From: a virus
Lineage: Duplodnaviria > Caudoviricetes
Direction: 5' to 3' (one strand)
DNA length: 56,808 nucleotides
Virus record (IMG/VR): IMGVR_UViG_3300020202_000006
Span: 1-56,808 of that record
In this document: positions 1 through 7,611 of the stretch, piece after piece
Numbering within the stretch: position 1 is the first letter of the stretch
Layout: each line of letters opens with the position of its first letter
Notes under the pieces: model-generated
What the model was told of the DNA's origin: nothing
Databases searched by the model: none
Seen by the model: the letters and a program-made list of their open reading frames with translations, nothing else
Program-made: the position numbers and the translations under genes

Positions 1-106
1 CCGACCGCGAGTGCCGCGGCGCCTGGTACGGGGTGGGGTGGCCCAGGTCGGTGGCGAGCTTGGCGTCCGCGGCGGGGTTGCCGCCGGTCAGCACCTCGCC
101 GTTGGG
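1..106. repeat. Terminal overlap identical to 56703-56808 (circular assembly, genome about 56,702 bp)
   Basis: Exact 106-bp match; the minus-strand ORF starting at 535 stays in frame across the join. Confidence 0.9.
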
Positions 107-535
107 GACGGGCTTGTCGGCGGGCTCGGGCAGCCGAAGCCGCGCCCGCTCGTCGGCAGAGAGGCCGAACCGCAGCGCGTCGTCCAGCGACGAGGCGACG
201 AGCATCTGGTTGCCAGCTTGGCAATCCCAGCCCGTGTAGTCGCACCCGCCGGAGGCGACGAGGTAACGACCATCCTTGAGGCGGAAGAGGCCGAGCCAAT
301 CGGCCACGTCATTCTCGCCATTGACGGCGGCGATGATCTCTGCCACATCCGCACGATTGGCGGGCGTCGTGTCCACGGGCGATCCCGGGGGGACCGCCTC
401 GGTGTCCTTGCTCACGTTGCCAGAGTTCGCGTCGGCGAAGACCTCGGCCCAGTTCCAGTCCGCCAGCAGCTCCGCCAGCGTGATCTCTACGGCCGGTCCC
501 GCCTCACCCCGCCCTGCTGCCTCTGTGCCGCTCAT
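1..535 (-). CDS. Hypothetical protein, 191 aa, spanning the origin (continues 56702-56662)
   Basis: ATG at 535 reads MSGTEAAGRGEAG...GGCDYTGWDC...EPADKPVPNGEV...RSMTGGEE*; its stop overlaps the GTG of 56117-56665; missing from the ORF track because it crosses the origin. Confidence 0.8.
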   Translation of the reverse strand, partial: MSGTEAAGRGEAGPAVEITLAELLADWNWAEVFADANSGNVSKDTEAVPPGSPVDTTPANRADVAEIIAAVNGENDVADWLGLFRLKDGRYLVASGGCDYTGWDCQAGNQMLVASSLDDALRFGLSADERARLRLPEPADKPVPNGEVLTGGNPAADAKLATDLGHPTPYQAPRHSRS

Positions 536-2207
536 CGCCACCTGCTCCCCTGAGCAGGCGGGCGACGGACTCAAGCAGGTCGGCCAGGGCGCCCAGATCG
601 GGCGCCCCTACGGGAGTGGAAGTGGGCGTTATCGCGCCGATACTCGCGTGGCCAACCAGCCGGCCGAAGCCCGCCAGCGCAGATACCTGCGAATCCACAG
701 ATGCCGCCGCCCGCCCGATGACGGCAGTTGCGACTCCGGGGCAGAGCCCACGGGCAGCGGCATGAGGGGATTCTGGTTCAAAACGGCCATCTCGGGTGAT
801 TTCCGAAGTCGCACCCGGAGTATCGGCGATCCCATCCCGGCTGTCAACAGTATTTTGGACGTTTTTCCGAAAATCCTTCTCATCCCCAGAATCGGGGGGA
901 GTGTTTGGGACAGGAGTATCGGGCCCAGCGCTATCGCCGGGCCACAACCGTGGCAACTTAAGCAGCGCCTCCCACTGGTCCGTGAGCGTCGGCTTGTAGT
1001 ACCGGTGCTCCGGCCGCCCCCGGTGCCGCATCAGGAAGTCCACCATCTTCTCGGCGACGCCCTGGCGCGTCAGCTCGGTGGACAGGAACTTGCGGGCCGA
1101 GTGCGGCGTGTACGGCAGGCCCTGGCGGTCCCGCAGTTCGATCCCCGCCCGCTCCCGGTCGGCGGCGAAGATGTTGCGCGGGGGAACGCCGGGGAAGACG
1201 CGGTCGCCGGGCTGGGGCTTGAGGAGGTCGTGCCGCTCCCGCAGCTTCGCCGCCAGCTCCGGGGCCAGCGCGACCACGACGCGACGCTTGTTCTTGTGCA
1301 TCGTCGGACGCCACACCAGATGCGGCACCCGGTCCTCCTCGTACCGGCTCGCCGGGTCCACGTCCAGGTGCAGGTCGGACCAGAGCCAGCGCGTCGGCTC
1401 CTCGGCCCGGCACCCGGCGGCGTAGAGGCAGAGGTAGTACAGGGCGGTGGGGGCCTTGCGGCGCCCGTCCACCCGCTCGATGAGCGCCGCGGCGGAGAGG
1501 TGGGCGCGGGCCTCCTGGAGCGTCGCGGCCCGGCTCCCTTCCCCGTGCTCGCCCGACGACTTCTCCGCCTCGGCCAGCGGGTCCGCCGCCAGCACCCGCG
1601 CCCGGCACAGGTGCCGCGTGAAGCTCCGCAGGCAGACGAGGTAGGAGTTGTAGGTGGCGGGCGTCCAGCGTGGGTGCTGGCTCAGCCACGCCACCAGGCC
1701 CGAGTAGGTGAGCTGGTCCGGCCGCGCCCACCCCGTCTCGCGGATGACGCGGGCGATCAGGCGCCGGTACATCTCGATGGTGTTGAAGGTGCGGCCCTTG
1801 GCCGAGAGCGCGGTCAGCCACTCCTCGGCCAGGGCGACGAGGGGGTTCGCCGGCGCGTCGATGCGGCCGGCGACGGACTCGGTCTGTGGTCGCTCCCCCT
1901 CCGTGGGCAGCGGGCGTGCGGGCAGCCCCATCCCTTCCTCCTGGCGGAACTCTCTCGGGGCACCAGGTGCTTCATCATGCCCACTATCGGCCGCGTGGGC
2001 AAGCAGGCCGGCGATATTTTCGCGCCGGTAGCTCCGGGCGAAGGCGACCAGCTCCCGGATAACGTCGCGGTACAGCGCCTCGTGGGCGGGGTCGGCCGCG
2101 GCCTCGACGAACGCCCGGTCGATGGCATCGCTCACCCCCGGCGGGAGGGGGTTGGAACGTTCGTGGGGCGGCTCCCCTTCCCCGACCAGTTTCAGGTCGG
2201 TCAACAC
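504..2207 (-). CDS. int: Tyrosine recombinase/integrase with long C-terminal extension
   Basis: Catalytic residues R (GCRAEE), K (HKNK), HxxR (HSAR), H (LMRH), Y (HRYY); SAM-like core-binding region (TFNTIEMYRR, PATYNSYL); start uncertain. Confidence 0.9.
   Translation of the reverse strand: MLTDLKLVGEGEPPHERSNPLPPGVSDAIDRAFVEAAADPAHEALYRDVIRELVAFARSYRRENIAGLLAHAADSGHDEAPGAPREFRQEEGMGLPARPLPTEGERPQTESVAGRIDAPANPLVALAEEWLTALSAKGRTFNTIEMYRRLIARVIRETGWARPDQLTYSGLVAWLSQHPRWTPATYNSYLVCLRSFTRHLCRARVLAADPLAEAEKSSGEHGEGSRAATLQEARAHLSAAALIERVDGRRKAPTALYYLCLYAAGCRAEEPTRWLWSDLHLDVDPASRYEEDRVPHLVWRPTMHKNKRRVVVALAPELAAKLRERHDLLKPQPGDRVFPGVPPRNIFAADRERAGIELRDRQGLPYTPHSARKFLSTELTRQGVAEKMVDFLMRHRGRPEHRYYKPTLTDQWEALLKLPRLWPGDSAGPDTPVPNTPPDSGDEKDFRKNVQNTVDSRDGIADTPGATSEITRDGRFEPESPHAAARGLCPGVATAVIGRAAASVDSQVSALAGFGRLVGHASIGAITPTSTPVGAPDLGALADLLESVARLLRGAGGDERHRGSRAG
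819..847 (-). promoter_or_regulatory. Sigma70-type promoter TTGACA-17-GATACT inside the 3' part of int, facing the leftward early arm
   Basis: TGTCAA at 842-847, AGTATC at 819-824, AT-rich upstream tract at 850-880. Confidence 0.75.
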
Positions 2208-2365
2208 TCACCCCCGTGGGGTCCAGGGCACGCAATCCACTTATACCGCGGATAGTCCCGAAGGTTCCCGGGCTGTAAAGATTCCTTCCCGCGGCGATGG
2301 GAATATCCGCACCGGGGTATCGACTCCTAGCGCCGCGCGAGCGCGGGGCCGGGGACACTGGGCGC

Positions 2366-2584
2366 ATGGCCCGCCGCCGGCGCCGCTTGCGCCCGAGCAT
2401 CATCGAGGTGGTCAAGCGCGAGATGCGGTTGCAGGGCGTCACCCAGGGGGACATCGCGCGGCACTGCGTCGTCGCCACGTCGCAGCTCTCGCCGTGGCTG
2501 CGGGGCAAGCGGGGCCTGCGGCAGGAGACCATCGAGAGCGTGCTGGCCTACCTGGGCATCAGGCTGATGGGGCCGGGGGAGTAG
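2366..2584 (+). CDS. XRE-family helix-turn-helix regulator (Cro-like)
   Basis: GVTQGDIARHCVVATSQLSPWLRGKR HTH pattern; divergent from int. Confidence 0.8.
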   Translation: MARRRRRLRPSIIEVVKREMRLQGVTQGDIARHCVVATSQLSPWLRGKRGLRQETIESVLAYLGIRLMGPGE

Positions 2585-2592
2585 AATCGTGC

Positions 2593-2904
2593 ATGGACGA
2601 GCATGAACGTGTGCCGACAAAGGGGCCGCGCGCACTGGAACGGCGACTGGGCAACCGCGCAAGACTCCGCGAGGAGGTGTCGGAGGGATTGCGCGACCTG
2701 ATGCGGAAGCGTCGGATCGGCAAGGCCGCCCTCGCTCGCCGCGCCGGATGTTCTGAGGAGACCGTCGAGCGCGTGCTTGAGGGCTCGTACAGCTTCACGA
2801 TCGAGACGCTTGCCGACCTCTCCATCGCGCTCGGTCGCGGTGTCCACGTCGTCTTCGGTGCCGACGCCGAAGAGATGCGCCTGCCGCATGACGAGGCCGA
2901 CTAA
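2593..2904 (+). CDS. XRE-family helix-turn-helix regulator
   Basis: IGKAALARRAGCSEETVERVLEG..FTIETLADLSIALG pattern. Confidence 0.8.
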   Translation: MDEHERVPTKGPRALERRLGNRARLREEVSEGLRDLMRKRRIGKAALARRAGCSEETVERVLEGSYSFTIETLADLSIALGRGVHVVFGADAEEMRLPHDEAD

Positions 2905-2907
2905 CGA

Positions 2908-2934
2908 CAACGCCCGCCGGTGAGGCGGGCGTTG
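2908..2934. terminator. Hairpin between the converging HTH and tRNA transcripts
   Basis: CAACGCCCGCC-ggtga-GGCGGGCGTTG, 11-bp stem, no clear U-tract. Confidence 0.5.
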
Positions 2935-2952
2935 CCCGATCGCCGCTATATT

Positions 2953-3020
2953 CCGCCCGGGTCGGACTCGAACCGACGACCGCCCGCTCTGGGGACGCTC
3001 CACCACTGAGCTACCGGACG
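2953..3020 (-). tRNA. tRNA-like element with shortened, non-canonical anticodon arm (pseudo-tRNA)
   Basis: Acceptor CGTCCGG/CCGGGCG, D arm GCTC-AGTGGTG-GAGC, T arm GTCGG-TTCGAGT-CCGAC; anticodon stem only about 4 bp, no U33; 68 nt. Confidence 0.7.
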
Positions 3021-3199
3021 AGTCGGCGACGGCGGGTTGCGCACCCCGCGCCACCACTCTACGCCGCGCGATACGCTGGCGCCGTGGTCTATCAGAACTC
3101 TATCAATCGCGTTGATACTGATAGACTCGCGCCATGCCCTCCCTCCGCGACCGGCGCCTCGCCGCGCAAGGGGTTCTGGCTCTTCACCAGAACTCAAAG

Positions 3200-3272
3200 C
3201 CCTCGGGGCGGGACTCGAACCCGCGGCATCCCCGTTAGGACCGGGGCGCTCTGTCCGCTGAGCTACCCGAGA
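3200..3272 (-). tRNA. tRNA-Arg(CCT)
   Basis: Full cloverleaf; anticodon arm CCCCG-GTCCTAA-CGGGG; no encoded CCA. Confidence 0.85.
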
Positions 3273-3273
3273 A

Positions 3274-3344
3274 CTGACGGGGCAGGGTTTGAACCTGCAT
3301 CACCCGGATTTGGAATCCGGGGCATTGCCTTATGCTACCCGCCA
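3274..3344 (-). tRNA. tRNA-Trp(CCA)
   Basis: Full cloverleaf; anticodon arm CCGGA-TTCCAAA-TCCGG; 1 nt from tRNA-Arg; no encoded CCA. Confidence 0.85.
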
Positions 3345-3390
3345 GAGAAGGGTCCTTGTCCGCGCTCGGGCGCGGAGTCAGACCCACCCA

Positions 3391-3419
3391 ACTCTACACC
3401 CCCAACCCATCGCACTCAA
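3391..3419 (-). promoter_or_regulatory. Promoter of the tRNA cluster, TTGAGT-17-TAGAGT
   Basis: ACTCAA at 3414-3419 and ACTCTA at 3391-3396, about 45 bp upstream of tRNA-Trp. Confidence 0.6.
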
Positions 3420-3568
3420 GTCCAGGCGGCTACACTCCCTGTAGAAGACCGCACGGCGCGGGCCTGGAGCCTGCCTGCCGGTGGTCAGCGTCCCCCCACA
3501 GCCCGTCACGCACATAGCCGCGCCGCCGCGGTCTTCTCTCGCGCGCGCCTAACGGCTCGTGCGGGTTT

Positions 3569-4000
3569 ATGCCATTCCCCACTCGCCCCCGCTGCACCCT
3601 CCTGGGCTTCTGCCTGGGCACCATGACCGGCTGCCTCTTCGGCTTCGCCTCGGTGAAGATGATCGGCTGCACCGCCGATCAGCGGACCGACCTCGCCGCC
3701 ATCCGCGGCGCCGCGGTCGAGACCGACGCCCAGGTCGCCGCCCTCCCGCAGACCCCCGAGAACCAGGCCCTGGCCCGCGACGTGGCGAAGGTCTCCGCGC
3801 CCGTCCAGCTGGTGCTCAACCCCGACGGCACGGTCAACGTCGCCGGCGCCGTGCAGGCCACCGCCCAGGCGCTCCCGGCCCAATACGCCCAGTACGGCAC
3901 GCTGGCCATCCTGCTCGCCCACATGGCCCAGAGCGCGTGGCAGTCCCGCCGCCGCACCACGCCCCCCTCCACGCCCGTCCCGCCGGGAACGCCCCAATGA
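3569..4000 (+). CDS. Putative lipoprotein with C-terminal hydrophobic segment (unimolecular spanin-like)
   Basis: Hydrophobic N-terminus ending MIGC, Ala/Gln-rich middle, YGTLAILLAHMA followed by RRR. Confidence 0.55.
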   Translation: MPFPTRPRCTLLGFCLGTMTGCLFGFASVKMIGCTADQRTDLAAIRGAAVETDAQVAALPQTPENQALARDVAKVSAPVQLVLNPDGTVNVAGAVQATAQALPAQYAQYGTLAILLAHMAQSAWQSRRRTTPPSTPVPPGTPQ

Positions 4001-4305
4001 CCCCCGGCTGGCGCGAGGCCCCCTGCGTGACCTGCGGCGAGCCCACGCTCGTCATGGACGCGACGCGGCTCCTCGACGCCGCCTGCGGCAAGTGCGCCAT
4101 CGCCGAGGTCGATGCCGACCCCGCGAAGGTGTACAGCAAGCTGCGCCTCCTGCGGGCACACTCGCGCCGCGACTTTGCCCTGGATATGGCGTGGTACGAG
4201 GCCCGGTGGGGCGCGGCCTACTGCCCCGACTCACGCGACGGCGTCCCCGACGAGGTGAGCGCCATCCAGCAGAACGCCATCCGCCAGTTGGAGGACCCGG
4301 AGTGA
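3997..4305 (+). CDS. Small zinc-finger protein
   Basis: CVTC...CGKC; ATGA overlap with the upstream gene. Confidence 0.65.
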   Translation: MTPGWREAPCVTCGEPTLVMDATRLLDAACGKCAIAEVDADPAKVYSKLRLLRAHSRRDFALDMAWYEARWGAAYCPDSRDGVPDEVSAIQQNAIRQLEDPE

Positions 4306-4556
4306 CCGACATCTCGTCCCAGATCATGATCCCGCTCCTGGTCAGCGTGATCTCCTCGGCGATCATCGGCATCGCGGGCATCTTCGCCACCATCTACGTT
4401 GGCCAGCGCCTCTTCGCCCTGCGGCTGGACCGCGCCGAGCGCGACATCGAGGACAACAGGAACGAGATGGAGAAGCGGCTGGACACGGTCTCCACCGCGA
4501 TGGGCGAGGTGCGGGCCGACGTGGCGTGGATCCGCGGCAAGCTGGAGGGGAGGTAG
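4302..4556 (+). CDS. Holin-like membrane protein (one TM plus coiled coil)
   Basis: IMIPLLVSVISSAIIGIAGIFATIYV TM followed by a charged heptad region ending VAWIRGKLE. Confidence 0.6.
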   Translation: MTDISSQIMIPLLVSVISSAIIGIAGIFATIYVGQRLFALRLDRAERDIEDNRNEMEKRLDTVSTAMGEVRADVAWIRGKLEGR

Positions 4557-6737
4557 ATGAGCACCGTCCGGTCCCTTGAGCAGCGTCTGCGGCAGACCGG
4601 GGGCGTCGCCATCCTCCAGGACTGGGGCGACTCCACCTGCCAGCGCAACGGCTACGGCGTCGCCGGCGCCTTCGACGAGGCCCTGTCCCTCTTCATCTAC
4701 CGCCTGGGCGACTACGTGGGCGCCAACGAGACGTGGGCGGGCCTCACCGGCTCGCGCAACTACGTCCGGCGCCGCAACGGCACCCACTACGGACCCACCG
4801 CCACCACCGGCCTCCCCACCGCCTTCGCCGCCCTCGTCCCCCTCCCCAACAACGGCACCACCTCCGACGACTGGACCGGCCTGCGGGGCGCGTACATCCC
4901 CAAGGTCACCGTCGCCGCCGGCGGGTACGCCGCCACCGACACGTCCCTGGTCGTCAACGAGACCATCAGCGCCTGGCCCTCCACGGGGAACATCGCCGGC
5001 AGCAACTCCGACAACCGCAACTACTCCAGCTACAACGCGGGCACCAAGACGTTCACCCTCGCGGCCGGCGGCCTGGCCAGCAACTACAACCAGAACGACG
5101 TGCTGGGCCTGCGGTACTTCGCCGACTTCGGCATCCAGATCATGTGCGAGTCCGACCTGGCGATGAGCGGCGCCACGCTCGTGGGCTCCTGCTACTGGCT
5201 GGGCGTCAACGGCGCCGCCACCAACTACGACAACCTCCGCCTCGCCTGGTACAAGACGCTCGACCACACCGCCACCGGCGCCCTCACCGCCTTCTCCCCG
5301 GCCGTCGCGGGGACGGCCTTCAAGACGACCGACCCGGGCTACACCGACGGCGAGGTCCGCAGCACCGACCTGGAGCTGTCGGCGGCCCTGCGGCAGACGC
5401 CCAACATCAGCGTGGTCTTCAGCGTCGGCGCCATCGCCGCGTTCGTGGGTCCCGCCGCCATCCCCGGCTTCTCCGTCGTCAAGAAGGGCCCGCCCTACGG
5501 CTACATCCGCATGACGGGGCTGAACAAGGGCGGCCAGGGCCTGTGCGAGATGGCCGGGGCCATCGACTTCAAGACGGGCACGTTCAGCTACGCCACCGAA
5601 CTCCGCACCCACTACCGCTGCGCCATTAAGGCCGCCGTCAAGAGCCGCGGCTCGGGCACCCGCGTCCCCTTCGTCCCGCTCATCGTCTCGATGCACAACG
5701 ACACCGGCCGCTCCGTCGCGGGCATCCCGCTCACGGACCAGTCCTGGAGCATCGCGGCCACCACCACCACCACCAACGACGTGACCAGCGCCAGCACCGA
5801 GGTGCCGATCGCCGAGTGCTCGCAGTTCCTGGGCGCCTCGACCGCGCCGGGCCACGCGATCATCGACGACCTCTACCGCATCACCTACACCGGCGTCTCG
5901 GCCGCCAGCGGCGCGGGCAACCTCACGGGCGTGACCTGGGGCGTGCTGGGCTCGGACCCGCCCGCGGGCACCATCAGCAGCGGCGCCGGCATCAAGTGCG
6001 GCCACCGCCAGGACTCCGCCGCCGGCTACGCCGCCGACCTCATCCACGTCCTGCGGCGCCTCGCGGCCATTTACCAGCTCGCCGCCACCGACGAGAGCGC
6101 GACGTACAGCGAGGGGAGCGACTTCCGGCCGCTGATCCCCCGCGCCTGGCCGTGCTGGGACACGCCCGAGACCGACACCAGCGACCCCGACGGCAACCTC
6201 GCCAAGCGTGAGGGGACGTTCCAGCGGATGTGGGCCGAGGCCAAGAGCCGCGTCCGGGGCGTCTTCCCCAACGCCATCATGCTCGACCCCAGCGAGGTGA
6301 TGGACCTGGAGGAGATCGTCAAGGTCGGGTGGAACGACATGAGCGCCGCGCAGGCGACCACCGCCGCCATCAGCACCACCACCCAGAGCACCATCGGCGT
6401 GACCACGCTCCAGAGCCACGCGGACTACGGCGTGGGCGTCCTGGGCACGCAGGGCAGCCCCGAGATCGTGCGGTGGACGGCGCGCTCGGCGTCCTCGGGC
6501 GCCGGCAATATCACCTCCGTGTCCCGCGGGCAGTTCGGCACCACGGCCGCGACCCACGCGAGCGGGGTGCAGTTCTGCGAGATCGACCTCATCCACAACG
6601 GCGCGACGTGCTACCAGACGGGCGCGCTGCGGCTGGTGGTCGAGGACATGACGGGGGCGGCGTTCACCGACGGATCGGGCGTGCAGCAGTCGTACGGGCA
6701 GGGGCGGTTCGGCCGCGGACGCGGCGCGGGAGCGTGA
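4557..6737 (+). CDS. Virion-type protein with split SGNH/GDSL hydrolase motifs
   Basis: WGDS (block I), NKGGQG (II), MHND (III), DLIH (V); Thr/Gly/Ala-rich inserts. Confidence 0.65.
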   Translation: MSTVRSLEQRLRQTGGVAILQDWGDSTCQRNGYGVAGAFDEALSLFIYRLGDYVGANETWAGLTGSRNYVRRRNGTHYGPTATTGLPTAFAALVPLPNNGTTSDDWTGLRGAYIPKVTVAAGGYAATDTSLVVNETISAWPSTGNIAGSNSDNRNYSSYNAGTKTFTLAAGGLASNYNQNDVLGLRYFADFGIQIMCESDLAMSGATLVGSCYWLGVNGAATNYDNLRLAWYKTLDHTATGALTAFSPAVAGTAFKTTDPGYTDGEVRSTDLELSAALRQTPNISVVFSVGAIAAFVGPAAIPGFSVVKKGPPYGYIRMTGLNKGGQGLCEMAGAIDFKTGTFSYATELRTHYRCAIKAAVKSRGSGTRVPFVPLIVSMHNDTGRSVAGIPLTDQSWSIAATTTTTNDVTSASTEVPIAECSQFLGASTAPGHAIIDDLYRITYTGVSAASGAGNLTGVTWGVLGSDPPAGTISSGAGIKCGHRQDSAAGYAADLIHVLRRLAAIYQLAATDESATYSEGSDFRPLIPRAWPCWDTPETDTSDPDGNLAKREGTFQRMWAEAKSRVRGVFPNAIMLDPSEVMDLEEIVKVGWNDMSAAQATTAAISTTTQSTIGVTTLQSHADYGVGVLGTQGSPEIVRWTARSASSGAGNITSVSRGQFGTTAATHASGVQFCEIDLIHNGATCYQTGALRLVVEDMTGAAFTDGSGVQQSYGQGRFGRGRGAGA

Positions 6738-6742
6738 GCAGT

Positions 6743-6982
6743 ATGACCGACGAAGAACTCATCGACGAACTCGGCAAGCGGCACCCGCACGTGGTGGTGC
6801 TCATCCGGTACGACCGGGTCAGCGACGCCGAGCCGGCGCGGCTGATGCACCACCGCGGCAACGACCTGGACGCGACGGTGGGCCTGCTGCGGCTGGGCCT
6901 GCTGGGCGCGGAGCGCGAGGCGTCGGCCGAGGCCAAGGGCTACCTGCAAACCTGGGAGGCGGTCGGGAGCCTGCCGGTCTAG
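6743..6982 (+). CDS. Hypothetical protein
   Basis: MTDEELIDELGKRH..., normal codon bias, follows the SGNH gene. Confidence 0.65.
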   Translation: MTDEELIDELGKRHPHVVVLIRYDRVSDAEPARLMHHRGNDLDATVGLLRLGLLGAEREASAEAKGYLQTWEAVGSLPV

Positions 6983-7237
6983 GATGGCGCCACGCCCGAG
7001 TTCCCAGGCACACCCGAGGCGTTTCGCGCCGGCACAACCGCCTTCGCCCGCGAGCTGATGTTGCGGTGGAGCGGGCGGGGCAACGCGGTAAGCGCGCAGG
7101 GAGAGCCGTATCAGGTTGCCATGTTGGAGGCCATTCGGCCGACAATCCCGCTACGGGCCCGCTTGTTCTGCCGAATGCGTGCGGCCTCGATGCGCTTGGC
7201 TTCATCCTCCAGTGCCACGAGCCGCTCGGCAATCTGC

Positions 7238-7468
7238 TTACGGAGGTGCCGGAACTGCACGGATGACTGTGAGGACTTGCGGGTTGTCGATTTGGTATCC
7301 GGCAGCACTGGCTTCTCCCTTCCCTTTCCCGACCAGAACAGTATACCAGATCAATGCGACGACAAGCATCCCGAAGCTCAAGCCAAGGAAAAGTACGGCC
7401 CGACTGATTCGCAACAGCACCTTCAAGGTGTCAATCGGCTTGGGGTTCGACGCGCCATCGTCGGCCAT
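7238..7468 (-). CDS. Possible small membrane protein in a lower-GC island
   Basis: AVLFLGLSFGMLVVALIWYTVLV TM; atypical codon usage. Confidence 0.4.
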   Translation of the reverse strand: MADDGASNPKPIDTLKVLLRISRAVLFLGLSFGMLVVALIWYTVLVGKGKGEASAAGYQIDNPQVLTVIRAVPAPP

Positions 7469-7516
7469 GCACCAAGTGTACATTCCTGCCAGAGCTTTTG
7501 CTTGGCCGGGGCCCCC

Positions 7517-7587
7517 GATGCAACAAAGGGCTAAACACCGGGTTTTTCGTGCGCCCACCGCCTGATGCATCAAAGGGCTAAACACCG
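7517..7587. repeat. 24-bp direct repeat, two copies (7517-7540, 7564-7587)
   Basis: GATGCA(A/T)CAAAGGGCTAAACACCG, one mismatch, period 47 bp. Confidence 0.9.
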
Positions 7588-7611
7588 AAACAACCCCGTA
7601 CGCCGATCGGC

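Noticed and set aside
1-106. Physical terminal repeat of the virion DNA
   Set aside because: It falls mid-ORF and inside an internal repeat, so it is more likely an assembly overlap
595-650. tRNA-derived attP core downstream of the integrase catalytic domain
   Set aside because: No recognisable T-arm; cannot be supported without a host sequence
4218-6596. Long antisense ORFs (also 276-2255, 8242-10446, 21081-23465, 24795-27038, 31027-33015, 42016-44601, 54375-56363)
   Set aside because: Shadow frames of GC3-biased genes, with no motifs
7111-7335. Programmed frameshift at GGGAAAG joining the TM ORF to a coiled-coil ORF
   Set aside because: The heptamer is in the wrong phase for -1 slippage from the TM frame, and coding status is uncertain
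7517-7587. Mini CRISPR array
   Set aside because: Only two 24-bp copies with a 23-bp spacer, no repeat hairpin and no cas genes
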